A DNA stretch of 63,667 nucleotides, filler included, from Octopus bimaculoides (lineage: Eukaryota), in NCBI RefSeq assembly GCF_001194135.2. It is 8 parts of 6 records of this genome, joined end to end, with 100 filler letters (N's around TTAATTAATTAA, not from the genome) between each part and the next. Parts side by side here need not be neighbours in the genome. Positions count along the whole stretch, not along the records: positions 48,832 to 58,285 come from NC_069007.1; positions 58,386 to 61,130 come from NW_026330967.1; positions 61,231 to 63,667 come from NC_068982.1; 5 more parts are not named here. One strand, given 5' to 3'. Both the position numbers and the translations under genes were made by a program. The notes under the pieces were generated by a model. The model was given only the letters and a program-made list of their open reading frames with translations. It had not been told where the DNA came from and made no database searches. Shown here one piece after another: positions 50,539 through 63,594 of the stretch. Numbering within the stretch: the first letter of the stretch is position 1; the number at the start of each line of letters is the position of its first letter.

Positions 50539-50566
50539 GGTATTTATATATATACATAAATTTATG

Positions 50567-50603
<37 letters not shown>

Positions 50604-50689
50604 TATATATATATATTTATTATGTATGTATATGGTGATACAAATTCTATAGTCAATGTATTAGACCACTTTGATAAATGATAAACTTC

Positions 50690-50919
50690 GTGAGACCTAT
50701 CGTTCGCATCTTCCGATCGGAACGCTCACGTGTGCATCGACAACAGATAAAAACCCAGAAGTCCGCCAAATACCACTGAGTAACCAACTGGCAACATGTG
50801 GTCGAAAAACTTTTATCATATTTCCATTCCATAAACTTTACAACCTGAATGAAATTGAGAGAAAACGCAAAGAAAAGGATTTTATTAAGAAATTCAAACC
50901 CACTCTTAACAAACAATGA
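50690..50919 (+). pseudogene. Penelope-like element GIY-YIG endonuclease C-terminus
   Basis: RSRVHRQQIK, frameshift, then NPEVRQIPLSNQLATCGRKTFIIFPFHKLYNLNEIERKRKEKDFIKKFKPTLNKQ*. The HRQQI...R..KE..FI.KFKP.LN end is typical of PLEs. Confidence 0.75.
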
Positions 50920-51287
50920 TTAAATTAATCTTACTTGGGGTTTAAAAATCTTATCCCTATAACTAAAACACAAAAAAATATCTCAAATGTCATCATTTCT
51001 AAAAATAAACATTGAAAAATTGTTTGACATCATCTCTAAAAATAACCAAACACCTACTGCTGCTGTCCAAAGGAATGTGTATAAAAGACAAAAGGGCAGC
51101 CAGTCAACTATAGTATACTAGCTCCTATATATATTTAATACTCAATATTTCATATATTCAATAANNNNNNNNNNNNNNNNNNNNNNNNNNNNNNNNNNNN
51201 NNNNNNNNNNNNNNNNNNNNNNNNNNNNNNNNNNNNNNNNNNNNNNNNNNNNNNNNNNNNNNNNNNNNNNNNNNNNNNNNNNNNNNN

Positions 51288-51339
<52 letters not shown>

Positions 51340-51349
51340 ATATATATAT

Positions 51350-51582
51350 GCCTATATAGATAAATAAAGAAATGGAGTTAAACGCAGGTGTTTTTCAAAT
51401 CTTTATACTTCCGACATATGTTTCGAAGGAAATATTTTTCCCTGACGAAAAGATCGCATTGTTTTACATTATTTTATTCCCTCTGGAATGATACCAATGT
51501 TTTCTTCGAAACATCTGTCGGAAGTATAAAAATTCCAATAACACCTGCGTTTAACTCCATTTTTTTGTTTATCTATATAGGC
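51350..51582. mobile_element. 233-bp palindromic element with 79-bp inverted arms containing a hammerhead-like motif (51438-51523, + strand)
   Basis: Arms 51350-51428 and 51504-51582 match at 72/79 positions by manual alignment. The spacer holds ttcc-CTGACGA; the right arm starts cttc-GAAA-catctg-TC-ggaa. Confidence 0.8.
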
Positions 51583-51664
51583 ATATATACATACATAAAT
51601 ATATATACATACATACATACATACATATATATATATACATATGTAGGTATGTTTAGATAATTAT

Positions 51665-51730
<66 letters not shown>

Positions 51731-52286
51731 GTATAATGAATTCATACATTACGTTTATAACTATCTATCTATTATTTTTCTATCTGTCTATCTATCTACC
51801 CATGTATCTACCTACTTACCTGTTTACAAAAGCATGTGTTCATGACTATATCTACACCACTTTTTAATTCTTTTTCCAAATAAAACTTTTCATATATTCA
51901 CAAAAAATAACAAACAATTTATTTGGTTGAATATAATTCCTAAATCCACGACCAAACATTGTTGACCTTTTAAGCTATATCATCGGAATGAAATGATGCT
52001 GTTTTGTATGGCTTCACCCATATTGTAAACAGAGCCAATATGATTGATGTCGACATTGCTGCCGGAAGTGGAATCATTAAGCATTAAATGTGTATGTCAT
52101 CAGTCAGATGTCTATTTCTATTTATAACTGGTCTATGACGTACCTGTTTGTCTATTTGTCTGTTTTTGTGTTTGAGCGTTTGTGTGGCGTTGTACGTTAA
52201 GAATAGGTTGATTCCTTTCTTTCTAGCCATTTCTGTAGTGCAGACACTAGCTTTACACTAGAACTTTCGGGTATAGTTTTGTAGGG

Positions 52287-52350
<64 letters not shown>

Positions 52351-53407
52351 GCTAGCTAGCTAGCTAATATATATACATACACTTGTATAAATATATTCCA
52401 ACACGCGACAATATTATATANNNNNNNNNNNNNNNNNNNNNNNNNNNNNNNNNNNNNNNNNNNNNNNNNNNNNNNNNNNNNNNNNNNNNNNNNNNNNNNN
52501 NNNNNNNNNNNNNNNNNNNNNNNNNNNNNNNNNNNNNNNNNNNNNNNNNNNNNNNNNNNNNNNNNNNNNNNNNNNNNNNNNNNNNNNNNNNNNNNNNNNN
52601 NNNNNNNNNNNNNNNNNNNNNNNNNNNNNNNNNNNNNNNNNNNNNNNNNNNNNNNNNNNNNNNNNNNNNNNNNNNNNNNNNNNNNNNNNNNNNNNNNNNN
52701 NNNNNNNNNNNNNNNNNNNNNNNNNNNNNNNNNNNNNNNNNNNNNNNNNNNNNNNNNNNNNNNNNNNNNNNNNNNNNNNNNNNNNNNNNNNNNNNNNNNN
52801 NNNNNNNNNNNNNNNNNNNNNNNNNNNNNNNNNNNNNNNNNNNNNNNNNNNNNNNNNNNNNNNNNNNNNNNNNNNNNNNNNNNNNNNNNNNNNNNNNNNN
52901 NNNNNNNNNNNNNNNNNNNNNNNNNNNNNNNNNNNNNNNNNNNNNNNNNNNNNNNNNNNNNNNNNNNNNNNNNNNNNNNNNNNNNNNNNNNNNNNNNNNN
53001 NNNNNNNNNNNNNNNNNNNNNNNNNNNNNNNNNNNNNNNNNNNNNNNNNNNNNNNNNNNNNNNNNNNNNNNNNNNNNNNNNNNNNNNNNNNNNNNNNNNN
53101 NNNNNNNNNNNNNNNNNNNNNNNNNNNNNNNNNNNNNNNNNNNNNNNNNNNNNNNNNNNNNNNNNNNNNNNNNNNNNNNNNNNNNNNNNNNNNNNNNNNN
53201 NNNNNNNNNNNNNNNNNNNNNNNNNNNNNNNNNNNNNNNNNNNNNNNNNNNNNNNNNNNNNNNNNNNNNNNNNNNNNNNNNNNNNNNNNNNNNNNNNNNN
53301 NNNNNNNNNNNNNNNNNNNNNNNNNNNNNNNNNNNNNNNNNNNNNNNNNNNNNNNNNNNNNNNNNNNNNNNNNNNNNNNNNNNNNNNNNNNNNNNNNNNN
53401 NNNNNNN

Positions 53408-53445
<38 letters not shown>

Positions 53446-53760
53446 AATATATACATATTTATTGATACATATATGTACATGTATAGATATATATTTTTAT
53501 ATATATACACACATATTTATATATATGTTTGAGTACATAAATCTATATATATATTCATATATGGCCTCTATCAACACGGCTATAAACCGGCTTTATGGAC
53601 GTTGGAATTTAATGTGTACGCCATCTTGTTCGGTTGTACTGTAAACCAATGAACTGTAACTTGCAGACGGTTTTGCCTCGTTCTGACCCCTGAATTCATG
53701 GGTGAGATAATCCCTCACGTTACACCATTATTGTTGGCTCAACAATCGCAGACAATACCG

Positions 53761-53984
53761 GTGATGATGATGATTGTGATGATGATGATGGTGGTGGTGA
53801 TGGTGGTGGTGGTGATGGAAGAGGTGATGATGATGGTGATGATGTTTATGATCATGATGGTGATGATGATGAGGATGATAATGATGGTGGTGTTTGTGAT
53901 GATGATGAACATGAAGATGGTTGACTGGTTTTGAAGATGATGAGGATGATTCTTCTACTGATGTCGATTACGATGATGAGGATT

Positions 53985-54023
<39 letters not shown>

Positions 54024-54125
54024 GCAATCATATTTTCGATGATCATGGGGCTTATAAATAATGCTATTCTTCTTCTTTTTCTTCTTCTTTCTTTGTTTCT
54101 TTCTTCTTCTTCTCCGTCATCATCA
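53761..54125. repeat. Degenerate (GAT/GGT)n then (TCT)n/(CAT)n repeats
   Basis: Visible directly in the sequence. Confidence 0.9.
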
Positions 54126-54133
54126 TCAGCAGC

Positions 54134-54284
54134 AGTGGCTCTGTGGTAAGTAGCTTACTTACCAACCACATGGTTCCGGGTTCAGTCCCACTGCGTGGCA
54201 CCTTGGGCAAGTGTCTCCTACTATAGCCTCGGGCCGACGAAAGCCTTGTGAGTGGATTTGGTAGACGGAAACGGAAAGACGCCC

Positions 54285-54340
<56 letters not shown>

Positions 54341-54477
54341 TGTGTGTGTATCTGTTTGTCCCCCCACCAAGGATAAGTACTAGGCTTACAAAGAATAAGT
54401 CCTGAGGTCGATTTGCTCGACTAAAGGCGGTGCTCCAGCATGGCCACAGTCAAATGACTGAAACAAGTAAAAGAGTA
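54134..54477 (+). mobile_element. SINE family A copy with internal deletion and long internal (TA)n
   Basis: Head and 3' end are close to other copies; the segment between gtccccccacc and aaggataagtact is missing. Confidence 0.9.
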
Positions 54478-54694
54478 AGGACTGCCCTCTCTGATCATCC
54501 CATATGTTTTATTGAAAAATCCAAATCCTAATCCAGCGTGTTCTGTCTTCTAAGAGAGCTGCTTGAGATATGAGAAAAACTTGGTTTCTATATCTGGCAC
54601 ATCGAGCTAATTACTTTAGTACATTCGAGTGATCATGATGTCCAGAATGTTGACTATAATGATAAAATCCACTCCAACACCAAATGCCTCATGG

Positions 54695-54878
54695 TCTCAT
54701 CATCATCATCATCATCGTCATCATCGTCATCACCATCATCGTCATCACCATCATCATCATCATCTTCATCATCATCATCATCAACATCAACATCATCGTC
54801 GTCATCATCATCATCATCGTCATCACCATCATCATCATCATCTTCATCATCATCAACATCAACATCATCGTCATCATC

Positions 54879-54909
<31 letters not shown>

Positions 54910-55100
54910 CTCTCATCACCATGGCTATGGTTATCATCGTTGTCGACGTAGCTATCATCATCCTCATTTTCATCATCGTTATCATCATATTCGTCATCTA
55001 CGTCCTCATATCATCTCCGTCATCCTCCTCCTCCTCCTCCTCCTCCTCGTCCTCGTCCTCGTCCTCCTCCTCCTCCTCCTCCACCTCCTCATCATCGTTA
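54695..55100. repeat. (CAT)n/(CCT)n degenerate trinucleotide tract with internal duplication of about 75 bp
   Basis: The variant block catcgtcatcaccatcatc...catcttcatc...caacatcaacatcatcgtc occurs twice. Confidence 0.85.
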
Positions 55101-56654
55101 TCACCACAATATGGACAATGCACTTCCTATTTCGTGTAATCCTCTGAAACTCACTTCCTCGCTACTTATCTCTCCCGTCTTTCTTTGTCTCCCTTTCGCT
55201 CCATCTCTTCTAGTACCTGTTGCTAGAAACAAACACTTTCATATATCGCACTTATTTAAAGATACATGTTGACAAGCGCTATAGATATCAGATATATACA
55301 TACACCGATATACACAATTTCATGCACGTTTAAACAGCTATATTTCATATCCTTGCGCGTACACGCATGCCTACACATACATATAGAGGCACGTATATGA
55401 AGGAAATATAGATTAATAAGAGTTATAAACGCCAACTACATATTACAAAACATCTTAGTGATAACATTAGCAAGCAAATATCAAACATACCAGCTGAAAG
55501 TAAATATTCAATAAAGCCGCTAACCCTGTCGTTGATTTACATATAAAGGAACGTACATCAAGCAATACACACAGAAGACATTAAAGATAGATATAGGAAA
55601 ATAATCAGGTATAACCCGCCATATGCCATAAATGTATCTAAAAATATATAGCATACAATTTCCTCTCAGTGATAACCACCTCAAACATAGATAACACCAG
55701 ATATATATCTTAAAAGAACACCCTAAAATATAGTTGTACTCGTTTAGATAACATAGGCTTTTATATATCCCCGCAACGACAATCAAAGATCTGAAACCAT
55801 CAGTATTAATATACTATGTTATCATCTCAATAGAAAATTCCTATCAAAGGCTCTGCTGTATATACATGAACATTAGATGTCATTGAAATGACATATATGT
55901 GGTTGAAAGAACATCACATATGGATAATATACACAGCATATTCTTATACTCAGAAACAGGATTAAAATCAAAGTGTACACCATTCTCCTAATATATATGG
56001 TAACTCAAAGACCGACCAGCCAAATATATTACTGTTATAAGAAACCTTGTTTAAAACGCTAACGATAGTGCTATCTGTGTATAAATAATTAATTATACAT
56101 TATAATAATTATTGACGAATCTTTTCCTCTTTTGTGAAACAAAATGCACAAGTGCACACACGCATACTTGCATACATATCTATACACATGCGCATTAGTA
56201 TACACACATGCGCGCGTTCACACAAGTTCGTATATATANNNNNNNNNNATATATATATTTGTATGAATTTAAAAACATATGCATGCATATGTACGTTTCT
56301 ATACATGAGCACATATAAAGGTGTATTTTCTCTCTCTCTCTCTCTCTCACACACATATCTACATGCCTGTCATTTTGTAGCTTTGAATGAAACTATAAAG
56401 TTGTTGTCGCTTGCAAGTAGAAAGAAGATTGAGTCTCAACTGAATTTTAGATTTGCCTGAAGTGATCATTCTTTTGAGAAATGCTGCAATTATATCAACG
56501 ACAATATTAATAATTAACATTAATAATAGTAGTAGTAATAATAGAAATAGTAATAATATTAATCATAATTTTTAGATGTATAATAATAATTAAATTAAAC
56601 GACGATGCTGATGATCATAATGATGTTGATGGAGATGATGACGATGGAGTTGAG

Positions 56655-56656
56655 GA

Positions 56657-56692
<36 letters not shown>

Positions 56693-56876
56693 CAATATTG
56701 TTATTATTATTGTTATTATTGTTGTTATTATTTTTATTGATATTGTTATTATTATTGTTAATATTACTGTTATTATTATTAAAATTATATTATTAACAAT
56801 AATGATAAATTTTAATAATGATAACGATGATGCAGATGATGGAGATGATGGCGATGTGATGACAATGAAGATGATG

Positions 56877-56943
<67 letters not shown>
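56655..56943. repeat. (TTA)n, (GAT)n and (TAA)n microsatellite tract
   Basis: A pure (TAA)n run at about 56878-56943 abuts the LINE fragment. Confidence 0.9.
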
Positions 56944-56944
<1 letters not shown>

Positions 56945-57903
56945 TCCAATTGCAACACATTCAAGAATTAGACGAACTAGAAACACCTGCAGGAAAAGCT
57001 AAGCGCTTGAAAACCCGTGCTAAAATTGCTGCCTTAGCTATTATGACTGAAAAATGGCATGGAAAACCTCTCAATGGCAAATACCCAAAGAGAGCGAATA
57101 ATGCAGNNNNNNNNNNNNNNNNNNNNNNNNNNNNNNNNNNNNNNNNNNNNNNNNNNNNNNNNNNNNNNNNNNNNNNNNNNNNNNNNNNNNNNNNNNNNNN
57201 NNNNNNNNNNNNNNNNNNNNNNNNNNNNNNNNNNNNNNNNNNNNNNNNNNNNNNNNNNNNNNNNNNNNNNNNNNNNNNNNNNNNNNNNNNNNNNNNNNNN
57301 NNNNNNNNNNNNNNNNNNNNNNNNNNNNNNNNNNNNNNNNNNNNNNNNNNNNNNNNNNNNNNNNNNNNNNNNNNNNNNNNNNNNNNNNNNNNNNNNNNNN
57401 NNNNNNNNNNNNNNNNNNNNNNNNNNNNNNNNNNNNNNNNNNNNNNNNNNNNNNNNNNNNNNNNNNNNNNNNNNNNNNNNNNNNNNNNNNNNNNNNNNNN
57501 NNNNNNNNNNNNNNNNNNNNNNNNNNNNNNNNNNNNNNNNNNNNNNNNNNNNNNNNNNNNNNNNNNNNNNNNNNNNNNGCCCTGGGAATGACAGCGAAAC
57601 GGGCTGATTACTACCTAGCTCAGATACCAGGAAACCCCAAAATGGCTGAAGTTCAAAAGGTAGTGCTCATGGGAACTGCCCATATCCTACGTAAAATACT
57701 GTCTATGTGATCTCAAATTTTAAAGCAAACACATAATTTTCTTATGGTTTCTTAAACATTCACTTGAACAAAACTGTACAAATCCAAATATATGGTACCC
57801 TAGGCATAACACCTACATGAACTTCTAACTTGTTGTCTCTTGAGGTCTCTGGGTGAGACTTGGATCCAACTTGTACAAATGCAAAACAAAAGTCAAACAT
57901 AAA
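56944..57903 (+). mobile_element. 5'-truncated R4/Dong-type (RLE endonuclease) non-LTR retrotransposon in (TAA)n
   Basis: TEKWHGKPLNGKYPKR before the gap; ALGM...IPGNPKMAEVQKVVLMGTAHILRKILSM* (stop 57708-57710) after it; 3' UTR with gtctc...gagac; followed by aataataataata. Confidence 0.8.
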
Positions 57904-58385
57904 ATAATAATAATAGCAACAACTCTAGCTGCAACATAACTAAAAATAACATGAAAAGTTATACGAATCTACAACCTCTACCATCATCATCATCATCATT
58001 GTCGTTGTCGGATTAGTAGTAGTAGTATTAGTTGTTGTTGTTGCTGTCGACGTCGTCGTCATCGTCAATTTATCCTCCTCCCCCTCCTCCATATTCTTCT
58101 TATTATTATTAGATCTTTTACTGAAAACCCATCACAGTTGCAAGCGCTAAAAAACAAAATACAAGCAACGCAAACATCAACAATGGAATCTACAGCTAAA
58201 ACAACATACAACAACATCCAGAAAAGCCACCACCACCACCACCACCACCACTACCACTACCACTACCACGACCACGACTACGACCNNNNNNNNNNNNNNN
58301 NNNNNNNNNNNNNNNNNNNNNNNNNNNNNTTAATTAATTAANNNNNNNNNNNNNNNNNNNNNNNNNNNNNNNNNNNNNNNNNNNN

Positions 58386-61130
58386 CGAAAGAATGATCGA
58401 ACGTTCGTACGTACGCACGTACGTAAGTACGTACGTACAAATGAACGAACGTATATACGTACGTACGTACGAACGATCGAGCGAACGAATGAACGTACGT
58501 ACGTGTGNNNNNNNNNNGTACGTACGTACGAACGATCGAGCGAACGAATGAACGTACGTACGTGTGTACGTACAAACGAAACAACGAAGGTATGTACGAA
58601 AGTACGACCGAACGGTCGAAGGAACGAACGAAAGGACGAATGAACGATCTTACGTACGTGCGTAGATACGAACGAACGAACGAAGGAACTCGCTAACGAA
58701 TGTACGTACGTAGATAAGTGCGTATGAACCAACGGTCGAATNNNNNNNNNNNNNNNNNNNNNNNNNNNNNNNNNNNNNNNNTACTTACGTACGAATGAAC
58801 AAACGAACGTACATACGTACGAACGAACGAAATAAAGAATAAACCAACGAAAGCACTAACGGACGAACGTACGAACGACCGAGCGAACCAACCAACGAAC
58901 GTACGTAAGTACGTATGTGCGAAAGAACGACCGAACGAAGGAACGAACGAAAGAACGAACGTACGTAAGTGCGAACGAACGAAGGAGCGAAGGAACTAGC
59001 GAACGAACGTACGTACGTAGATACGTGCGTACGAACGAACGAATGCATGAACGAACGTACGTACGTACGCACGAACGAATGATCGAACGTAGGAACGTGA
59101 GTACGTACGAACTAACGAATGTACGTACGTACGAATGCAGGGAAGAACGATCTAACGAACGTACGTACGTACGNNNNNNNNNNGTACGTACGAATGCAGG
59201 GAAGAACGATCTAACGAACGTACGTACGTACGCACTTACGTAAGTACGTCCGAACGAACGTATATACGTACATACGTGCGTACGAACGACCGAGCGAACG
59301 NNNNNNNNNNAACGAACGTATATACGTACATACGTGCGTACGAACGACCGAGCGAACGAAGGAACTAGCTAACGAACATACGTACGTAGATAAGTGCGTA
59401 TGAACCAACGGTCGAACGAAAGAATGTANNNNNNNNNNTAAGTGCGTATGAACCAACGGTCGAACGAAAGAATGTACGTACGTACGTAAATACGTTCCTA
59501 AGTACGTACTTACGAATGAACATACGAACGTACATACGTACGAACGAACGAACTAACTAATGAATGAACCAACGAAAGAACTAACGGACGAACGTACGTA
59601 CGTACGAACGACCGAGCGAACGNNNNNNNNNNGTACTTATGTACGAATGAACGAACGGAATAACAAAGGAATGAAAGGTGGAACGAATGAAAGAACTAAC
59701 AAACGAACGTACATACGTACGAACGAAAGAATGAACGATCGAACGAACGAACGTACGTACGTAGGCACGAAAGAACTAGGAAACAAACGTACATACGGAT
59801 GTACATTCGTAAGTACGTACGTANNNNNNNNNNNNNNNNNNNNNNNNNNNNNNNNNNNNNNNNNNNNNNNNNNNNNNNNNNNNNNNNNNNNNNNNNAAGG
59901 AACGAACGAACGTAAGTATGTACGTAGGTACGAATGAAAGCACGAACGAACGAACGAATGAAAGAACGAACGAGAAGACGAAGGTACATAAGCACGTACA
60001 AAANNNNNNNNNNNNNNNNNNNNNNNNNNNNNNNNNNNNNNNNNNNNNNNNNNNNNNNNNNNNNNTCCGTACGTACGAACGATCGAGCGAATGAACGTAA
60101 CTACGTATGTACGAAAGAACGATAGTACGTACGTACAAACGAACGAAGGAACGAAATGAAGGAACGAGTGAACGAACGTACGTAATTCCGAACGAGCGTA
60201 CGAACGAACTAACGAATGAANNNNNNNNNNNNNNNNNNNNNNNNNNNNNNNNNNNNNNNNNNNNNNNNNNNNNNNNNNNNNNNNNNNNNNNNNNNNNNNN
60301 NNNNNNNNNNNNNNNNNNNNNNNNNNNNNNNNNNNNNNNNNNNNNNNNNNNNNNNNNNNNNNNNACGAACGTAGGAACGTACGTTCTGACGAACGAAATA
60401 ACGAACGACCGAACTAATGAACGTACGTACGAACGTACGTACGAATGAAAGAACGTATTTACGTATGTACGTATGTACGAACGAATGAACGAAAGAACGA
60501 ACGTACGAACGAACGAACGTACGAACGAACTAAAGAATGAACTTACATATGTACGTNNNNNNNNNNCGAACGAAATATCGTACGTACGTAATTACCTATG
60601 TACGATCGAACGAACGTATTACGTAAGTACGTATGAACGATCGATCGAACGAACGAACGCAAGAATGAAAGTAGGAACGTACGTTTGTAGGAATGAAATA
60701 ACGAACGAACGAACGACCGAACGGACGGATGGACGAACGACCGAACGTACGTATNNNNNNNNNNNNNNNNNNNNNNNNNNNNNNNNNNNNNNNNNNNNNN
60801 NNNNNNNNNNNNNNNNNNNNNNNNNNNNNNNNNNNNNNNNNNNNNNNNNNNNNNNNNNNNNNNNNNNNNNNNNNNNNNNTACGTATGTACGTACGTATGT
60901 ACGTACGTATGTACGAACGAAAGAACGAACGTACGTACGTACGAATAAACGAACGATTCAACGAACGTATGTACAAACGTGCGAAGGAACTAGCGAATGA
61001 ACGTACNNNNNNNNNNTCAACGAACGTATGTACAAACGTGCGAAGGAACTAGCGAATGAACGTACGTACGTAGATAAGTTCGTACGAACGAACACTTGAA
61101 TGAATGTACGTACGTACGTACGAATGAACA
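58386..61130. repeat. CpG-rich complex satellite built from AACG/TACG tetramers
   Basis: Continuous mosaic of acga/acgt units with a recurring marker aaggaact(a/c)gc at 58683, 58990, 59359, 60984 and 61043; many internal N-gaps. Confidence 0.9.
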
Positions 61131-61230
61131 NNNNNNNNNNNNNNNNNNNNNNNNNNNNNNNNNNNNNNNNNNNNTTAATTAATTAANNNNNNNNNNNNNN
61201 NNNNNNNNNNNNNNNNNNNNNNNNNNNNNN

Positions 61231-61271
<41 letters not shown>

Positions 61272-61591
61272 ATTATCACTTTAGCTTTCATATAATTTAT
61301 ACATCATTTATAGACATGGATAGATATACAGACACACAGGCATACGCACACAATTGAGTATACGGATGTATGCATCTATGTATGTAAGCATGCATATGTA
61401 TTCATGTATGTATGCGTGTATATATATATAAATATATGTACATATGTATATGTATTGATATATATATGTGTATATACTATATGCATACATATATGCATAC
61501 ATTCATACACATACACATATACACACATATATATGAGTAGTATAGATTTTATATATACGTGGCTTTTTTATGTTCTTTTATGCTTTTAGGC

Positions 61592-61790
61592 TTTTACATG
61601 TTTCAGTCATTTGACTGCGGCCATGCTTGAGCACACCTTCAGTCGAACAAATTGACCCCTGGAACTTATTCGTTGTAAACCTAGTACTTACTCCATGGAC
61701 TCTTTTGCTGAACCGTTAAGTTACGGGAACATAAACACACCAGCATCGGTTGTCAAGCGATTGTGGAAGAGGGGGGGTGAACACAGCCAC
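61592..61790 (-). mobile_element. SINE family A, 3' half
   Basis: gtttcagtcatttgactgcggccatgc...cacaccagcatcggttgtcaagcg. Confidence 0.85.
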
Positions 61791-61798
61791 ACAAGCAC

Positions 61799-61830
<32 letters not shown>

Positions 61831-62159
61831 GTGTGTGTGTGTGTGTGTGCATATATGTGTGTGTGTATGTGTGTGTGTGAGTGTGTGTGTGTGTGTCGTT
61901 TGCCAGCTGGAGGAGATGTCTTCCTGGGGCTAAAAACAGCAGTAACATAGTCCTCTATAGGACCGCCACATTCAGTTGGCAAATATATTTTCTATACACA
62001 CACACTCATACACACACAGATTTTTTTTAGATATGTTTTAAAGCAAAAACAATGAAATTTATATAATATTAATGATACATTCGACAATTAATTTTACTTG
62101 GTATTTCAGTATTTCAGGGTTTGCACTCCATGTTTAGGAAAGTTACTTGTCTGGGGTCA

Positions 62160-62328
62160 GTGGTCTGCAGCACTACTGGGGCATAGCTTTGATGGGTTTA
62201 GTCACACAAATCAATCTCTGTACTTATGTTTTTTAAGCCTCGTACTTATACTGTCGATCTCTTTGTCCGAGCCGCTAAATAGCGAAAATGTAAACAAACC
62301 AATATCGGTTGTCAAGCTGTGGTAGTGA
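62160..62328 (-). mobile_element. SINE family A-related 3' half, diverged
   Basis: tactggggcatagc...aagcctcgtacttatactgtcgatctc...aatatcggttgtcaagc. Confidence 0.65.
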
Positions 62329-62413
62329 TCAAATGCATACACAAAGACATACACACACACACAGACACAAACACGCGCGCGCGCGCACATATATATATAC
62401 ATGCATGTATATG

Positions 62414-62484
<71 letters not shown>

Positions 62485-63189
62485 NNNNNNNNNNNNNNNN
62501 NNNNNNNNNNNNNNNNNNNNNNNNNNNNNNNNNNNNNNNNNNNNNNNNNNNNNNNNNNNNNNNNNNNNNNNNNNNNNNNNNNNNNNNNNNNNNNNNNNNN
62601 NNNNNNNNNNNNNNNNNNNNNNNNNNNNNNNNNNNNNNNNNNNNNNNNNNNNNNNNNNNNNNNNNNNNNNNNNNNNNNNNNNNNNNNNNNNNNNNNNNNN
62701 NNNNNNNNNNNTATATATATATATACACAAACATATATGTGTGTTTTGTGTGTGTGTATGTGTGTGTCTGTGCCTGTGTATGTATTTAGTTCTTATATAA
62801 ATAAATTTGTACTCGACAAAAATATACAGTAACCCATCAAATTAACGTAAAATTTTTTTTTTTTCTATTATAACAGAACTTAAAAACAACCATTAATATA
62901 CATGTGTGTGTGTGTGTGCATGTGTGTGTGTGTGTGTGTGTGCATGTGTGTGTGTGTATGCACAGAAAGTGACAGAGAGAGAGACTGAGTGACAGACAGA
63001 CAAACAGTCATACAGAAAGATAGATATACATATGAAAAATATATTGGCTAGATAGCTATGCATTTGTGCATGTTAGTATTTCTGTGCGTATATAAAAAAA
63101 ATATTATGTGATATATATATACATATGTACATGCATACGTGTACATGTGTATGTGTGTGTATGTATGCATGTGTATATCTTTTATCTAT

Positions 63190-63550
63190 TACTTGTTTCA
63201 GTCATCAGTTTTTACTTTGTTAAGCCTGGTACTTATATCGTAACATTTTGCCGAACGCTACGTTACGGGGACGTAAACAGCTCAACGCCGGTTGTCAAGC
63301 GGTGGCGGGGCGAAACACAGACGCACAGACACACATGCACACACGTATATATGTTTGTGTGTGTGTGTGTGTGTATGTGTGTGTGTAAACAAAAGGCTTG
63401 TTTCAGTTTCCGTCTATCAAATCCACTGATAAAGCTTTGGTCAGCCCGAGAGTATAACAGAAGACACTTGCTAAGGGTGACACGCAGTGGGACTGAACTT
63501 GGAACTATGTGATTTGAATGCAAACATATTGCTACAAAGCCAAGCCTGCG

Positions 63551-63553
<3 letters not shown>
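63190..63553 (-). mobile_element. SINE family A, diverged near full-length copy with internal microsatellite
   Basis: 3' end tacttgtttcagtcat, middle ccggttgtcaagcgg, 5' half tttcagtttccgtctatcaaatcc...gcagtgggactgaac...gccaagcctgcgcct. Confidence 0.85.

Positions 63554-63594
<41 letters not shown>

Noticed and set aside
53560-53710. 35-nt exon-like segment (cttgcAG...atgg GTGAGA)
   Set aside because: Splice-like signals are common by chance, and the peptide RFCLVLTPEFM has no recognisable homology.
54629-55147. 172-aa poly-His ORF
   Set aside because: Translation of a (CAT)n microsatellite; other frames give equally long poly-Ile and poly-Ser ORFs.
58478-59480. Exact 40-60 bp direct repeats inside the satellite (also 60960-61060)
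   Set aside because: Each pair flanks a 10-N gap, so these are most likely unmerged contig overlaps rather than real duplications.
58386-61130. CRISPR-like array or coding repeat protein (RTNERTYV...)
   Set aside because: No fixed repeat with unique spacers, eukaryotic context, and the ORFs are short tetramer-repeat translations.
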